Positions 40,584 to 54,080 of a stretch of 64,000 bases of DNA are shown one piece after another. The position numbers and the translations under genes are program-made. The notes beneath the pieces are model-generated. The model did no database searches. It was given only the letters and a program-made list of their open reading frames with translations, and was not told the origin of the DNA. The stretch spans positions 42,594,001 through 42,658,000 of the forward strand of contig NC_043000.1 in NCBI RefSeq assembly GCF_006345805.1, in the 5' to 3' direction. This DNA is from Octopus sinensis (taxonomy: Eukaryota). Each line of letters starts with the position of its first letter. Positions within the stretch are counted from its first letter, which is position 1.

Positions 40584-42585
40584 GTGTGTGTGTGTGTTTT
40601 GTCTGTCTGCCTCACATTACCGCTTGACAACCGTTGTTGGTGTGTTTACGTTCCCTTAACGTAGCTGTTCAGCAAAAGAGACAGATAGAATATGTAGCAG
40701 GCCTCAAAAAAATAAGTCCATGGTCACTTCTTCAAGGCGGTGCCCCAACATGGCCATACCGTAATGACTGAAACAAGTAAAAGATAACAGAATGAAAGAG
40801 TTGTATCCGTAACATAATGTTTTGACAGAATGAGTGTCATACACTATGTGACAAGACTGCACCCGTTAAGTTACGGCCAAAATCCACCTGGTGGGCTACT
40901 GTATAACTTTCCCTTACTCAGTTTTCCCGACAAAGTACGGTTGTAGCAGAAACTACAGAAGAGATAGTTTCCTAAGATGCTACATAATATCATGGAACAC
41001 CGAACCTCGTGTTGGCAAGCAAGCTTATGAATTATGCAGCAACACTGCACATGCAATCAATATCTAATAGATGGTTATATAAATATTTTAAATGCACTCA
41101 TATTTTTTGAAGAATTTATATAGTTTATATAGCAATTGGGGAACCATAATTTTATTGGTTACAATTTTTCTACGTACTGATCAGAGGATTAATACACTTC
41201 TGATGGTAATTAAAGAGTGAATATCAATAACTCGCTATGGTAAGTTTTCTGAAGGTGCTTCAATCGTATAGAGCCGGCTTGTCGATTTAACAACTTTGGA
41301 TGAATTATATACTCACTCATAATGTGTATGTATGTGTGTGTATGTGCGCGTGTTTAGGCGGGGAGGAAAGGTACAAATCTTGTTTATTAAAGTATTTAGC
41401 ATACTATTACGATGATGACGTCGTCATGTTGATTCCTGCATCAGGGTGTGTGTTGTCCTCTTAAGCAAGGTAGTTCATTTCGTGTGGATCTCTTCAGTCA
41501 GTTGTGATTAGAGATGTTCAGTAGCAATGCAGTTGTCTCTTCTTCCAGCTGTCGTACCTTCGATGCACTGCAGAATTATGGTTAGGATAGAAACTAGGCT
41601 GGGTGATGGTTTTTAAACGAGTATTCATTGCATAATCATTTCAGATGGATATCTGATTCACCGATTTTTAATCTTGTTTGCAACATCGCTCCTTTTTGAA
41701 TATTTGAAATATCTTACATGGACTACTTTTTAAATATTTAGACTATTAACGTTTCACTCGTCATATTTACACCTTCGAATAAAAGAGATGTTGGTGAATC
41801 TCCGTCGTTTGACGACGATGATTCAACTGAATAACCAACACCTGAAAATTAAAATGTAAATATCTAAGCATTCAAACTAAAAAGACATGTGACTCTTATT
41901 GTAATTCATACGCAAAATCAGCATGAAATAGTATGTGACATGGCTATTCTCTTTGACTAATATACGCAATCAATGCAACGAGTTTTAAGCTGTTTCTGCT
42001 CAGCCAATTTTACTCACACGTTATGGGTCGATGCGAGACAATATAAAATAACGCTTTCCCAAGATACCACAACTTGGAGTCATTGCGAGGACTTTGTACT
42101 TTTTAACAAACATTTTTGCAATGCGTTCATATTGCACCAACTGAAAGTAAATATTTGGTTAATGAATTATATTTCCAAAATATGCTAATCCTCACCCTCT
42201 CAGATATTAGTCCCAAAGTCTGAGTCCACAATGTCATTCAATAAAGCATGGTTCAGTACCTGATTTAACACCACCATCCTATCCGTTGTATACTTACGCT
42301 TTAGCAGAATTCATTATCATGCAAGCAGTTAGAGGAGATAGTCAGGTCCAGCGCCGTAGAAAATAACTTATATTTTCTTGGAGGCAATAACCTAATCAAG
42401 TTCGAGCAACTTATGAATCGCATCGTTTTCGCCAGCAGTGGGAGTCAGTGAATGTCTTTTTTTCACTATCTTTCAGCGTGTGGTGAAGATTTACATACAT
42501 AACGATCTTTCCCCCATTATTTTCCTATGACTGCTTTTCACAAGGCATAATCTCGTTTGTTATAGCCAATAATGAGAGAGTGGGT

Positions 42586-42627
<42 letters not shown>

Positions 42628-42629
42628 GG

Positions 42630-42663
<34 letters not shown>

Positions 42664-42777
42664 TGTGTGTGTGAGAGAGAGAATGTAAGAGTCATGACCA
42701 ATAATTGAATGATACATTATCTATCGACCAAAAACTGTTGAGCTGGCCAAATTGATATCGTTGGGATTTGATTTCAG

Positions 42778-42897
42778 GCTGCAAAGAACAATTACCACAG
42801 GAGACCAATGCTCTTGTGAATTCACTACCACTACCCTGAATGACCGAAAATCTGCGAATCTGACAAGTCGTGGCATGGTGAAAGTCATGTTTGCTTG
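42778..42897 (+). CDS. Candidate 120-nt exon (phase 2-2) of an unidentified gene
   Basis: TTTCAG| acceptor and TG|GTTAGT donor; open frame LQRTITTGDQCSCEFTTTTLNDRKSANLTSRGMVKVMFAW; complex sequence among repeats; no family recognised. Confidence 0.3.
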
Positions 42898-43314
42898 GTT
42901 AGTTATTCTTGTACAATTTGTTGCCGTGAAGAGAAAACACATTCGGAACTTCTAAAAATATGGGGGAAAAAATAAGCAAGAAACAGTAAATTAATACAAC
43001 ATCGATGAATGACAAAGGACAATGTAAGCTGTTAGTACTGCAAGGCAACTGATTGGATGATAAAAAAAATAGGAAAAAAGTTGGTGGAGCAGCAAAAGCT
43101 GCATCAGTATCAGTAGCTATGGCTCTTGATATTTAGCTCCAAGTCAGCCCCCATCTTCCAGATCTATAGTCCAAGGCGGTCTTACGGTGACCATCAAGTA
43201 TTACTGAATATCTTATATTCCGCACTGTTTCATTACACTTTTACAAAGAATAGAATATGATTTGAGGTATATCTGTTTCTAGTAGTAATAATAGTAGTAA
43301 TAGTAGTAGTAGCT

Positions 43315-43351
<37 letters not shown>

Positions 43352-43799
43352 CAGCAGCAGCAGTAGTAGTAGTAGTAGTAGTAGTAGTGTAGTAGTAGTA
43401 GTAGTAGTAGTAGTGTTAATATTGGTGTTGCTGGTGTTGTACTGCGACCTCGGTTGAAAAGGTCGGATAATAAATAACATCACTATGTTGGCAATTAACG
43501 AAGGTTAGCAAATAGATAAAACAATAAAAAATAGAATCAAGACAAAATAATGCAAGAAAACTGAATACGATATAACAAAACAAAACAAAATTCATGAAAT
43601 AATACTAAATAAAATGGCGGAATGCCAGCTATGGATTTGCTAACAGTGACCTCTAGTGATGGAAAGGAAAAAATGGCTGATCAATACTAAACAATTCTGT
43701 AGCTTTCAACTTTAACTTAATATTGACAAAATTCGATTTCATAGGATAATTTAAATCACATTGTCAGTGATCATTGCTTACATCCGCAACACACGCACG

Positions 43800-43977
43800 C
43801 ATACACACATACACACAACACACACACACACCACACACACATACACACACAGACACACACACACAGCTACACACACACATTCATGCATTTATATATCTAT
43901 ATCATAAACATTTATGCATATATTTACACACACATGTATACCATAAACATACATACATAGATACGTACATACATGCA

Positions 43978-44012
<35 letters not shown>

Positions 44013-44104
44013 GATTTTTGGTAGTATATCTGTATGTATAGAATTTTTGATGTGGTATTTTAGATAAATATACATAGACAAATACACATAAATATATGTG
44101 TGTG

Positions 44105-44179
<75 letters not shown>

Positions 44180-44898
44180 AACTCATATAGACATATATGT
44201 ATTCGTGTGTAAATATATATGTATACATACATACATGCATACATATATATATATATATACATACATATACACAAACATACTCATATATATACATATAAAC
44301 ATAGACTGTGTGATGACTGATCTATGAACACAGACGTATAGAGAAATACGTATGCAGTAAGAGAGACACAGACATACACACATACTCATACACTGTCCCT
44401 TTGTCTCCGTGTTTCTTTAAATCACTATAACTTTCTGTTTCTTTCTGTCTTTCACATATTCACTCTCACCTTTTCTCTTTTAACCATTTTTATGTAAAAA
44501 GAAACGCACACACATACATACACACGCACGCGCGCGCACACACACACCACACACACACACACACACCACACACACACAACACACACACACACACACACAC
44601 ACATACACACACAGACACACACACACAGCTACACACACACATTCATGCATTTATATATCTATATCATAAACATTTATGCATATATTTACACACACATGTA
44701 TACCATAAACATACATACATAGATACGTACATACATGCATGCATATATATATATATATATATTATATATATGGGATTTTTGGTAGTATATCTGTATGTAT
44801 AGAATTTTTGATGTGGTATTTTAGATAAATATACATAGACAAATACACATAAATATATGTGTGTGTATGTGTATATATATATATATATATATAATATA

Positions 44899-44937
<39 letters not shown>

Positions 44938-45297
44938 AACTCATATAGACATATATGTATTCGTGTGTAAATATATATGTATACATACATACATGCATAC
45001 ATATATATATATATATACATACATATACACAAACATACTCATATATATACATATAAACATAGACTGTGTGATGACTGATCTATGAACACAGACGTATAGA
45101 GAAATACGTATGCAGTAAGAGAGACACAGACATACACACATACTCATACACTGTCCCTTTGTCTCCGTGTTTCTTTAAATCACTATAACTTTCTGTTTCT
45201 TCTGTCTTTCACATATTCACTCTCACCTTTTCTCTTTTAACCATTTTTATGTAAAAAGAAACGCACACACATACATACACACGCACGCGCGCGCACA

Positions 45298-45320
<23 letters not shown>
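43800..45320. repeat. Near-identical tandem duplication, ~758-bp period
   Basis: AGACTGTGTGATGACTGATC at 44303 and 45061; the junctions lie in (CA)n tracts. Confidence 0.95.
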
Positions 45321-45375
<55 letters not shown>

Positions 45376-45379
<4 letters not shown>

Positions 45380-45613
45380 GAAATATTAAAATAACTAAGT
45401 CTCTCTACGCTGCATTGAAAAGGGGCAATACCCCGAAACGCGTCTGTAGCTGCCGGTCAAGTAGTGTGGAGCGACTGACCTCCCTTGTTCGAAGGTTATA
45501 TGGATACAGTTTGTGTATCAAATAGCTAACTTAAGGCGATGGCCTCATGGAGCTAATAAGCGGACAGCTTTTTTCTTATTTTTATAAGAATGCCATATTA
45601 GTATGGCGATAAC

Positions 45614-45620
<7 letters not shown>
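45376..45620 (+). mobile_element. Short retrozyme-like element in (TA)n
   Basis: ~245-bp island between (TA)n tracts with an HHR, the shared module and a terminal GCCATA-TTAG-TATGGC hairpin. Confidence 0.7.
45409..45450 (+). ncRNA. Minimal type-I hammerhead ribozyme, U3-A8 core variant
   Basis: GCUGCA UUGAAAA GGGG caaua CCCC GAAA CGCG UC UGUAGC. 6-bp stem I, 4-bp stem II, palindromic CGCG loop III, GUC site. Confidence 0.8.
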
Positions 45621-45667
<47 letters not shown>

Positions 45668-46218
45668 TTACTCGAACACTCATACTGAAGTGTGTTGCGT
45701 GTGATATATATGAGTAAATATTACTGTGTCTATTTATTAGCTTACGTAATATATACCATAATATACATTAGCGACTGGATGTACATATATACATAAACAC
45801 ACACACACACACGTACATGAGATATTTTCCTTTTCTTTCTCATCCGCCATCTCGCTATCTACTCTTTAGATATATCAACGTACGTGCATGCATGCATACA
45901 TACATACATAGAAACATACATACACCCACATATATAATCGTAAATATATTAACATATATATTAAAATATATACAGAAATAATCGTGTGTGTATGTATGCG
46001 TGCAGGATTTTTTATGCCTTAAGAGGTTACACGAACGCCAATAATCCGCTATCGTCGTCACCCGCCTGAACTGGCAGTGAATAGATCCACCAGTAACACA
46101 GGCTCCAGTTTGACTGCAACGTGCAGATAAAATGTTCACTTTCATTGTCCTTAGACCTGCACTCACACATACACAAAATTATTCTACACACACCCACGGA
46201 AATATATACATACATGTA

Positions 46219-46250
<32 letters not shown>

Positions 46251-46254
46251 TATG

Positions 46255-46285
<31 letters not shown>

Positions 46286-46599
46286 ATGCTCACACACACA
46301 TCACTATATATATATATATAAACTCGTGCACACTCGAGTGAATGCGTGTGTCAGCGCGTTTAATCAATGATCCTATATGCATGCTGGGACAGAAAGTACA
46401 CTAATATATATATATATATATATTACATAGAATATTATATCATATATTATATTATATTACACACACACATATATAGATATACGTATTTATATGTGTATAT
46501 ATATGTGTGTGTATATATATATATATATTACATATAATATTATATCATAAATATAATATATAATATTATACTACACACACACATTTAGATATATGTGCG

Positions 46600-46635
<36 letters not shown>

Positions 46636-47639
46636 TAAGGTATGTAGAAAAATACAACATGGACAAGAACGTATAACTCATAGAAGACGATACAATAAAC
46701 ATGGACAGGACATTCGAACCCCTCAGTCTTCAGTCAATGCGTATAGATATACGTGTCTATTGTAGTATTTCATCATTACACACAATTTGGAAGGAAACAT
46801 TTAAACAGATGGATATTACAACATACACGTCCGCATACACGCACATCTTCTGTCTCACTAGAGATCAGAAAGGCATTCATTATCAGAGATTAAATCGTTG
46901 AGATAAATATGAGCTCGAAAAGAACCTATTCTTCCCTTCCAGCCACATTATTTTATTTACGGAGTAGGCATAGAAACAAGAAAGGTTTTCTACTAAAACC
47001 GGACAGACCTGGTGCGAAAACTTGAGATAGCATGTACTCCGTAAAAGGGATCCAAGTTCGAAGATTTATCTTAATTCGTGTGACGGATTTTGTTCTCATT
47101 CTCTTGAATTTCTAGATATAAACTGTTCAGGTGACTATAGTGTTGTCCATAGCAGTTTAGTTCAGTTCTAACCCAGTCTAATAGCTGTTGTAAGTAAAAA
47201 GAAAGAAAAGAAATATACAAAAAAACTGGGGCATAACACTTGAAGTGATTACAGTAGATAGGTTATATACCATGGCCATATCTACTTGGATGCTTCTTAC
47301 AGTTTGCTTAGTGCTTAATAAGAAATTAAATCCGCAAAACACAAGCTTGCAGTTGCGCATATGTGAAAGTCAATACGCAAGTATTTTTTGTTAGTCGTCA
47401 CTGCAGGTAGTGTAGAGCATATGAAATCCTACGTATCAAATGCCTTTAACCAAGCCATTCCACATCTTTATTTATCAAGTCACCATTGCTCTTCAGACGA
47501 AAGTACGGAATTATTAAAATACTATGATGAAACACGGCTATGGTGACATGCATTGGATTCGAATCTAAACCTACCTATTTGCGAACTGAATTTCTCACCT
47601 GTGCAGCTATGCTTGACGCATACACTAAAAACAAAATTT

Positions 47640-48010
47640 GGAGGCGGAATGGCTTAGTGGTTAGGGCAGCGAGTTCGTGGTCGTAGGATCGCGGTTTCGA
47701 TACCCAGATCGGGTGTTGCGATTGCTTATTGAAAAAAAATACCTAAAGCTCCACGAGGCTCCGGCAGGGATTTGGTGGGGAACCCTGCTGTACTCTTTCA
47801 CCACAACTTTCTCTCATTCTTTCTTCCTGTTTCTGTTGTACCTGTATTTCAAGGAGCCACCCTTGTCACACGCTGAATCTCCCTGAGAACTACATTAAGG
47901 GTATACGTGTCTGTGGAGTGCTCAGCCACTTACACGTTGATTTTACGAGCAGGTTGTTCCGTTGATCGCATCAACTGGAACCTTCGTCGTCGCAACCGAC
48001 GAAGTGCCAC
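47640..48010 (+). mobile_element. Full-length tRNA-derived SINE
   Basis: A box TGGCTTAGTGG and B box GGTTTCGATACC; body shared with copies at ~32400 and ~41800. Confidence 0.8.
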
Positions 48011-49336
48011 GAAAGACAAAATAAAATTTGGAAATGAGTTAAAGGTTAATTTTTGAGTTTTCTCGTTTCGTGCTGCCTTCTTGTGCAGAGACCAACATTG
48101 GTTTCAGATTTTAGCACAAGGCCATGAATTTCGAGGGAAAATGTAAGTCGATTTCATCGACCACAGTACGTAGCTGGTACTTATTTTATCGAACCTGAAA
48201 GAATGAAAACGAAGTCGACCTTGGCGGAATAGTGTAAAAATTAATATTAATATTAATATTAATTTGCATAATTTTCATTTTCTCCATGGCTTAATTTGAA
48301 AAGGTAGAGTAGTATCCATGCGTGTTTCGATAGTTTCCGAAACCGGTTAGTGGAAGGGTAAAGAAATCCACAGGCTATAAATCTGGCCCTAATTCTTGCA
48401 ACGGAGATTACACATCTAAAATTACTCGGAGCGGAGGAAATGATGCGAAACTGAGCGACAAATTAATTCTCTTACCCAGAACTGGGAACTTTATACCTGA
48501 CTTTGTTTACCACAGTCCACCTAAAAGAAAAAAAAAGACCTAAAAGGAGCCGATCAACCTCGAAAAGAGGAAATATCATAGTCACCACACTTCGTGATAT
48601 ACGAACGTATCTGTGTATATGAATTGCTTTTTCTTACTTTTGGGCATTAAATTTTCCAGAAGCATTTATCCTTTCAAGTGAAGTAAAGCAGTGTCATAAT
48701 ACTGAAAGTTTTCTAAGTCGTATTAACATATAAACGAAGAAGGAAAACAACTGCTTGCAATAGTCGATTCAGACAACATTTTGCTATGAGTTTCCAAGTT
48801 GCTTTATTGTACTCGTCACAATGCTTGGATTTATTCTTTATCTGCTCTGACGAAGCAGGCCTATAAGCTAAGCGTTCATTCATGATCATCCCATCTTAGT
48901 TTTAGAAACGTATGTACCACTAATTTATCTAGGAGTTACTTCCTTCAGTAAGATGGCGAGGAGCAGTTTTGGAGAAAAATTGGTTGCTATTCATAGCAGG
49001 CCAATCAATCGCTTCTAAACTCTCATTTGAAGTCTCACAAGACGTTTTTAATGTTGATGAAATTTCATATTGCTACTAGAAAAGAAAGAGTAAAAAAAGA
49101 GAGGAGGAATAGATATTTCGTATTGAAACACTAGGACTCATTATTTACAGAAATAGGTAATTTTGACATAATAATAATGAATCATTATTTCTAGAAATGC
49201 AAATTAAGTGAATTATCTAGGGAGCTGAAACAGTTTCTTAAGCAGAAAATATCGATTTCTTATGTTAACACAGGGTTATAAATATATATGGAGAGTAAAA
49301 TTGACAGATCTGGACTCATAACATAAAGATCCGTAA

Positions 49337-49380
<44 letters not shown>

Positions 49381-51543
49381 CAAATTCGACGATCGAACTC
49401 TTTTATCAAACTACAAACATTATGATTGGCTAGAATGGCATAGGATATATCAGTGATTGGTTTAGTTTCATTATTGTTCCAGCCTGCTCTCTCGTAAAAA
49501 CATAAACCACAATCGAAAGTTGGCCTGGGCGTGATTTGAACTCGTATTGTACAGACGCCCATAAAAATACAGTGTAGTATTTTTTTCTACTCTAGGCACA
49601 AGGTCCGAAATTTTTGGGGAGGGGGCCAGTCAATTAGATCAACCCTAATACGCAACTGGTACTTAATTTATCGACCCCGAAAGGATGAAAGGCAAAGCCG
49701 ACCTTGAAGAAATTTGAACTCAGAACATAAAGGCAGACGAAATACCGCTCACCACCTTCACCTAAATACAATGACGTATTATCTCTGCTGGTTTACTAAT
49801 TGTGTCTACTTACAGCGCTCGTATTTGTGAAATTTAACCAACACCATGTCTCTAAACAATAACCTAAGATGTATTTCTTATAAACGGTCGAAGGCTTCTT
49901 GAAAATATAATTACTACATTCTCATAAAAGCGTGTTATTTTTTTGTCTTCTATCTTTTTCCAGTCCTATACTTGAATCCCCAACAAGTGTAATTTACGTG
50001 TAGCAGTCTCCATCACTCTCTCAACATCATTCTCTTAATCGCTATTTGTATTTTTACGTTTTTTACTTTATCTTTCTCGCTCTATTCGTTTCTCAGTATC
50101 TGACTCATACACAACCTTACTTTATTTTCCTTTCATTCATTTACCTAAACGTTTTCTTCATATTATTTCTCGTTGCTCTCTCTCCCTATATTTTTCTGTT
50201 TCTTTTCCCCTCTCATCGGCTGTTGTTTCATTATTTTCTCAGTTTCATTCACACTATAACATCTCTCTTTCCCCCCTCTTTCCGTGTAGTTATCTTCTTT
50301 GTTTTCAATATGTCTCTCTTGATATTTGAATAGCATTAATTTTTCCCAAGAAAATATACACATACAAGATTTTCTTACTTTCAATGCCCTTGTATCTCTA
50401 TATCACTATGCATTTATATATATATATGAATTAATATTTATGCATGTGTGTGTGTATGTGCAGCTTTCATTTACTATTATACATTCTTATTTTACTAACA
50501 CTGTGCAGTATATGCATTTATGTATGTATTAGACGTATACGTTAATTTAATTATGTGTGTATGCATTTGATATATTTGTGCGTATATATATATATCTGTG
50601 GCTACGTGTGTCACGGTAAATTTTCAAATATATGATAGAACTTTGTGGATATAAAGCAATAAGAGTAATAAAAGCTGACGTAGGCATAAACATAAGCATA
50701 CGTGCACGCGCTCGCGTGTACACACACACACACACACACACCTAACGCTATATTTGTGTGCACGTATCTATATGTCTTCCTCTCAAAGTATCCTCATATA
50801 TGGCGCCCACCCACCAGGGGCTCATTATTTATTGTACACGTTCATGCTCAACAGAGAGGAATAAAGAAAACACTATCTACGTCGATGCGCAATAACAGTT
50901 AATTATTTCAGTTTTTATCAGCTTCCAAACAGCATATGTCTAATACAGCTTGAAATACCTGAATTTTCTCTATAGTTCTGCAGTTTCTAAAGCCTTTATA
51001 CATCATGGCTTTTAATGGGAACGAGTATGCAGTGTAATATATCGGTGATACTTATCTAAATAGTCTTTCTAAACCCGTTTCTCGCTCGGCTAAATTCTCT
51101 AAGCTTTCGGCTCTTACTTCATAAATCCTTCCTGCAAAACCCATCATATCGTTTATTTCTCTTCCTTGTGTGCCTTGAATTAAATATCTAGCAAGGACAA
51201 TTAATTTCACTGCTTGACTTAATCATAATGGCATGCGAATATAATTCTCAATACCCGTTGAACGATTAGGTGGGTCAGAAGACAACAGAAACCAGACATT
51301 TACAGCTGACGACGTTCGAATCTACGCTATACTGAACAAGGAATAGGAAACAGCTTCTCAGAGGAAATTTGCTAACTTCTAAAGAATCCATGTCATTAGG
51401 TGGAACAAAGAAAAAGTTTATGCTTTGTCAATACTACTTTGAAAAATGTCTGAGAACAAAACATAATTTAAACATTTTAAGCAGAAATATCTCTTTAGAC
51501 GGTCAGTTCTTTGAACGCTGTATGAGGATCAAAGGGCATACAT

Positions 51544-51597
<54 letters not shown>

Positions 51598-52879
51598 CTT
51601 TTAAAAAATGTTTATTTTCGAACAAATGCTATCATCAGCTGTAAACCTTTAAACAGTCCTATGGTGTAAATAAAAATTTTTTGCTTGTAATAATTACTTT
51701 ATACTTACAGTGGAATCGAACGAGCACTCTTCTTAATATAGTTAGCTATTTTAATAATGTAAACTTATTTTTGCAAAGGATCGAAATCGATTTACGTACT
51801 TGGTTCGAGGTCTGTAATACGAGTATACCAGTCTTGTTCAAAATTGCGTATGACTGTTTCTTATATATGTGTGAGTGTGTGTGCGTGCATGTGTGTGTGT
51901 GTGTGATAATGTGTTTCTGTAAGGATTAATATATTTTGAGAAGGATGTCGATAAAAATTTGTTTTGCCAGAATTAGGTTTCTATCCTCATACTAAAAGAA
52001 GATGAATATGCATATAATAATTATCATCTAGCCTTCCCGTATTAAGTAAGTTTCATTAAACAAATCAGATTGTAAACCTACCAAATTGGTTAAATATGCT
52101 AGCATTGCATCTGTAGGTCAAGTATTATGATGAGCTGATAAACTAGAACTGGGATTAAAGACCAACATGTAAAAATCTACGTGGTTACTTAATCATGTAG
52201 AAGAGGCAGAATTATCACCAAATCACAAACCACGCTTTCGAAACTGGAAGGAAACATTAGTCGATGTTAATATTTGTGGTTCTTCTTATCTATAGCTCAA
52301 GCCCCATAAAGCAGTCTTGGCTTTACTGTATATCTAAGACTTGTCGATAGATTAAAATATATAAAACCCTCTCATTAGCTCCTACGCTTACTTTCGAGAA
52401 CGATATATGCGTATCAGTCCTAAGGTATTTGATAAAAATACACCAGACTCTTTACGAAATATAAAGCCATCAGCCGAGTTGATTCTGTAAGTAGCTACTT
52501 ATGGAGAGTGCTTGTAGCTTTTCACCATAAAATTTGAAACCATTTCAAGGAGATGCACTGTTTCTTTTATACGTACTCTGTTAAGCCAAGGATAGTAAGC
52601 ACCAATACATTGGTATCTATAAACACAAAATTCACTGTTATTTGCATAATCTTCAAGTTCATAACTGAATTTAGCTTCCAGACACTAATACAGGAAGTTG
52701 TGATATTCTGCCGTATATATATATATATATATATGTTACATTTGAAATATCAATTTTCATCTTTGTGGTGACTCGTCTGCTAGAAATAACAGCTAAATTT
52801 CCCTCGAATAAGATATCTAGAAACTAGAAGCGAGTACCAAGGAGAGCATCCAGGAAATAGCTACTTCTATCAACCAGAG

Positions 52880-52915
<36 letters not shown>

Positions 52916-52929
52916 GAGACGGTCATCTT

Positions 52930-54080
52930 TTGCCTTTGAACACACACACTATTTATTTGAGATTTACTTCAGCTGTATTATTAGTTTATTTCTCAGAATC
53001 TTTCGTCACACATTCTGTGACCTTTTCAACGTCTTTCTTCTGTGACTCCTCTTCTCTCTGGTCTTGTCCTGTCACTTCCATTTTATCTTTGTTGTGTGCA
53101 TGGATATGGGTTTGTATATTATACAGTACCCATATCTTGTATTTATTTATTTTTTATATTATATCTTTAGTCGTCACGTTGCGTAGTGTGGTGGAGTGGG
53201 GATGTGGGTGTTTTTACTTCATTTCCATTTTCTGTTGAGGGTCGGTCTATTTTCAATTATGTGTGTGGCCTCAATAATCTGTCTGAGTATCGTGTCGGTT
53301 CTACATATCGATACGTCTATGTTATCTCCCCATATTCTAATTTAGGATGGTGGTGCAGTACTGACAACCTGTTGTCCTCCTTCAGATCCCGCCAGTGTTC
53401 ACTTATTTTACGGAATGTCTCTCCAAGGTACATCGTTGTCCTGCTTTTGTACTGTCCCTCAGTATACTTTTTACTATAGACTGCATTCCTACTTTTACAA
53501 TTAATATATCAGCTAACTCTACATACTATACAATTCCTCTCCGTACGGGGGTTTCTTTTAAAAGGGCATGTTCTACGGATCAGGTATTTTATGGGTGTTC
53601 CTGGCCTTTCTACTACTCTAATCCTTAGATTCATCTTTTCTAAAATAATACGCTAGTTCACCTCCAGGCTAATATCGACGAACATGACACTCTGGTATTT
53701 TTTGTTGTCATAACATGAGTCAGTGTTACCTATCTTCCTCTTAGTTCTTTCAGTGCTATTCGAAGAGTTACTCCTGTATAGCAGACAGGTCCCATTTGTG
53801 TCCTTCTCTATGACGGTCTTAAATTTTACCGTGACTCTTTTGTACACCCTAATTCTATTTCTTTGACTGTACCCAGAGCACTGCATGCATTGGATGTGTC
53901 TCTCTAATTCCGTTGGGTCGCACATGCGGGACAAATACGATTTTTTAAATAATGAATTTGGTATTTTCCGTGATTGCTGCGTTCCAGTGGATCAGATATG
54001 TGAAGGCCATGGATTTGGCATGGTGCAAATGGAGGATATGGACCTTGCTATTCTTTGTTTCCATCTAGGGCTCAGTGCCT
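52930..54080 (-). pseudogene. PLE remnant: RT thumb plus GIY-YIG endonuclease
   Basis: SRMCDPTELERH...SGYS (cf. RxxxxCS...NGYP), GIV* followed by YLGETFRKISEH, and RQIIEATHI on the minus strand. Confidence 0.7.
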
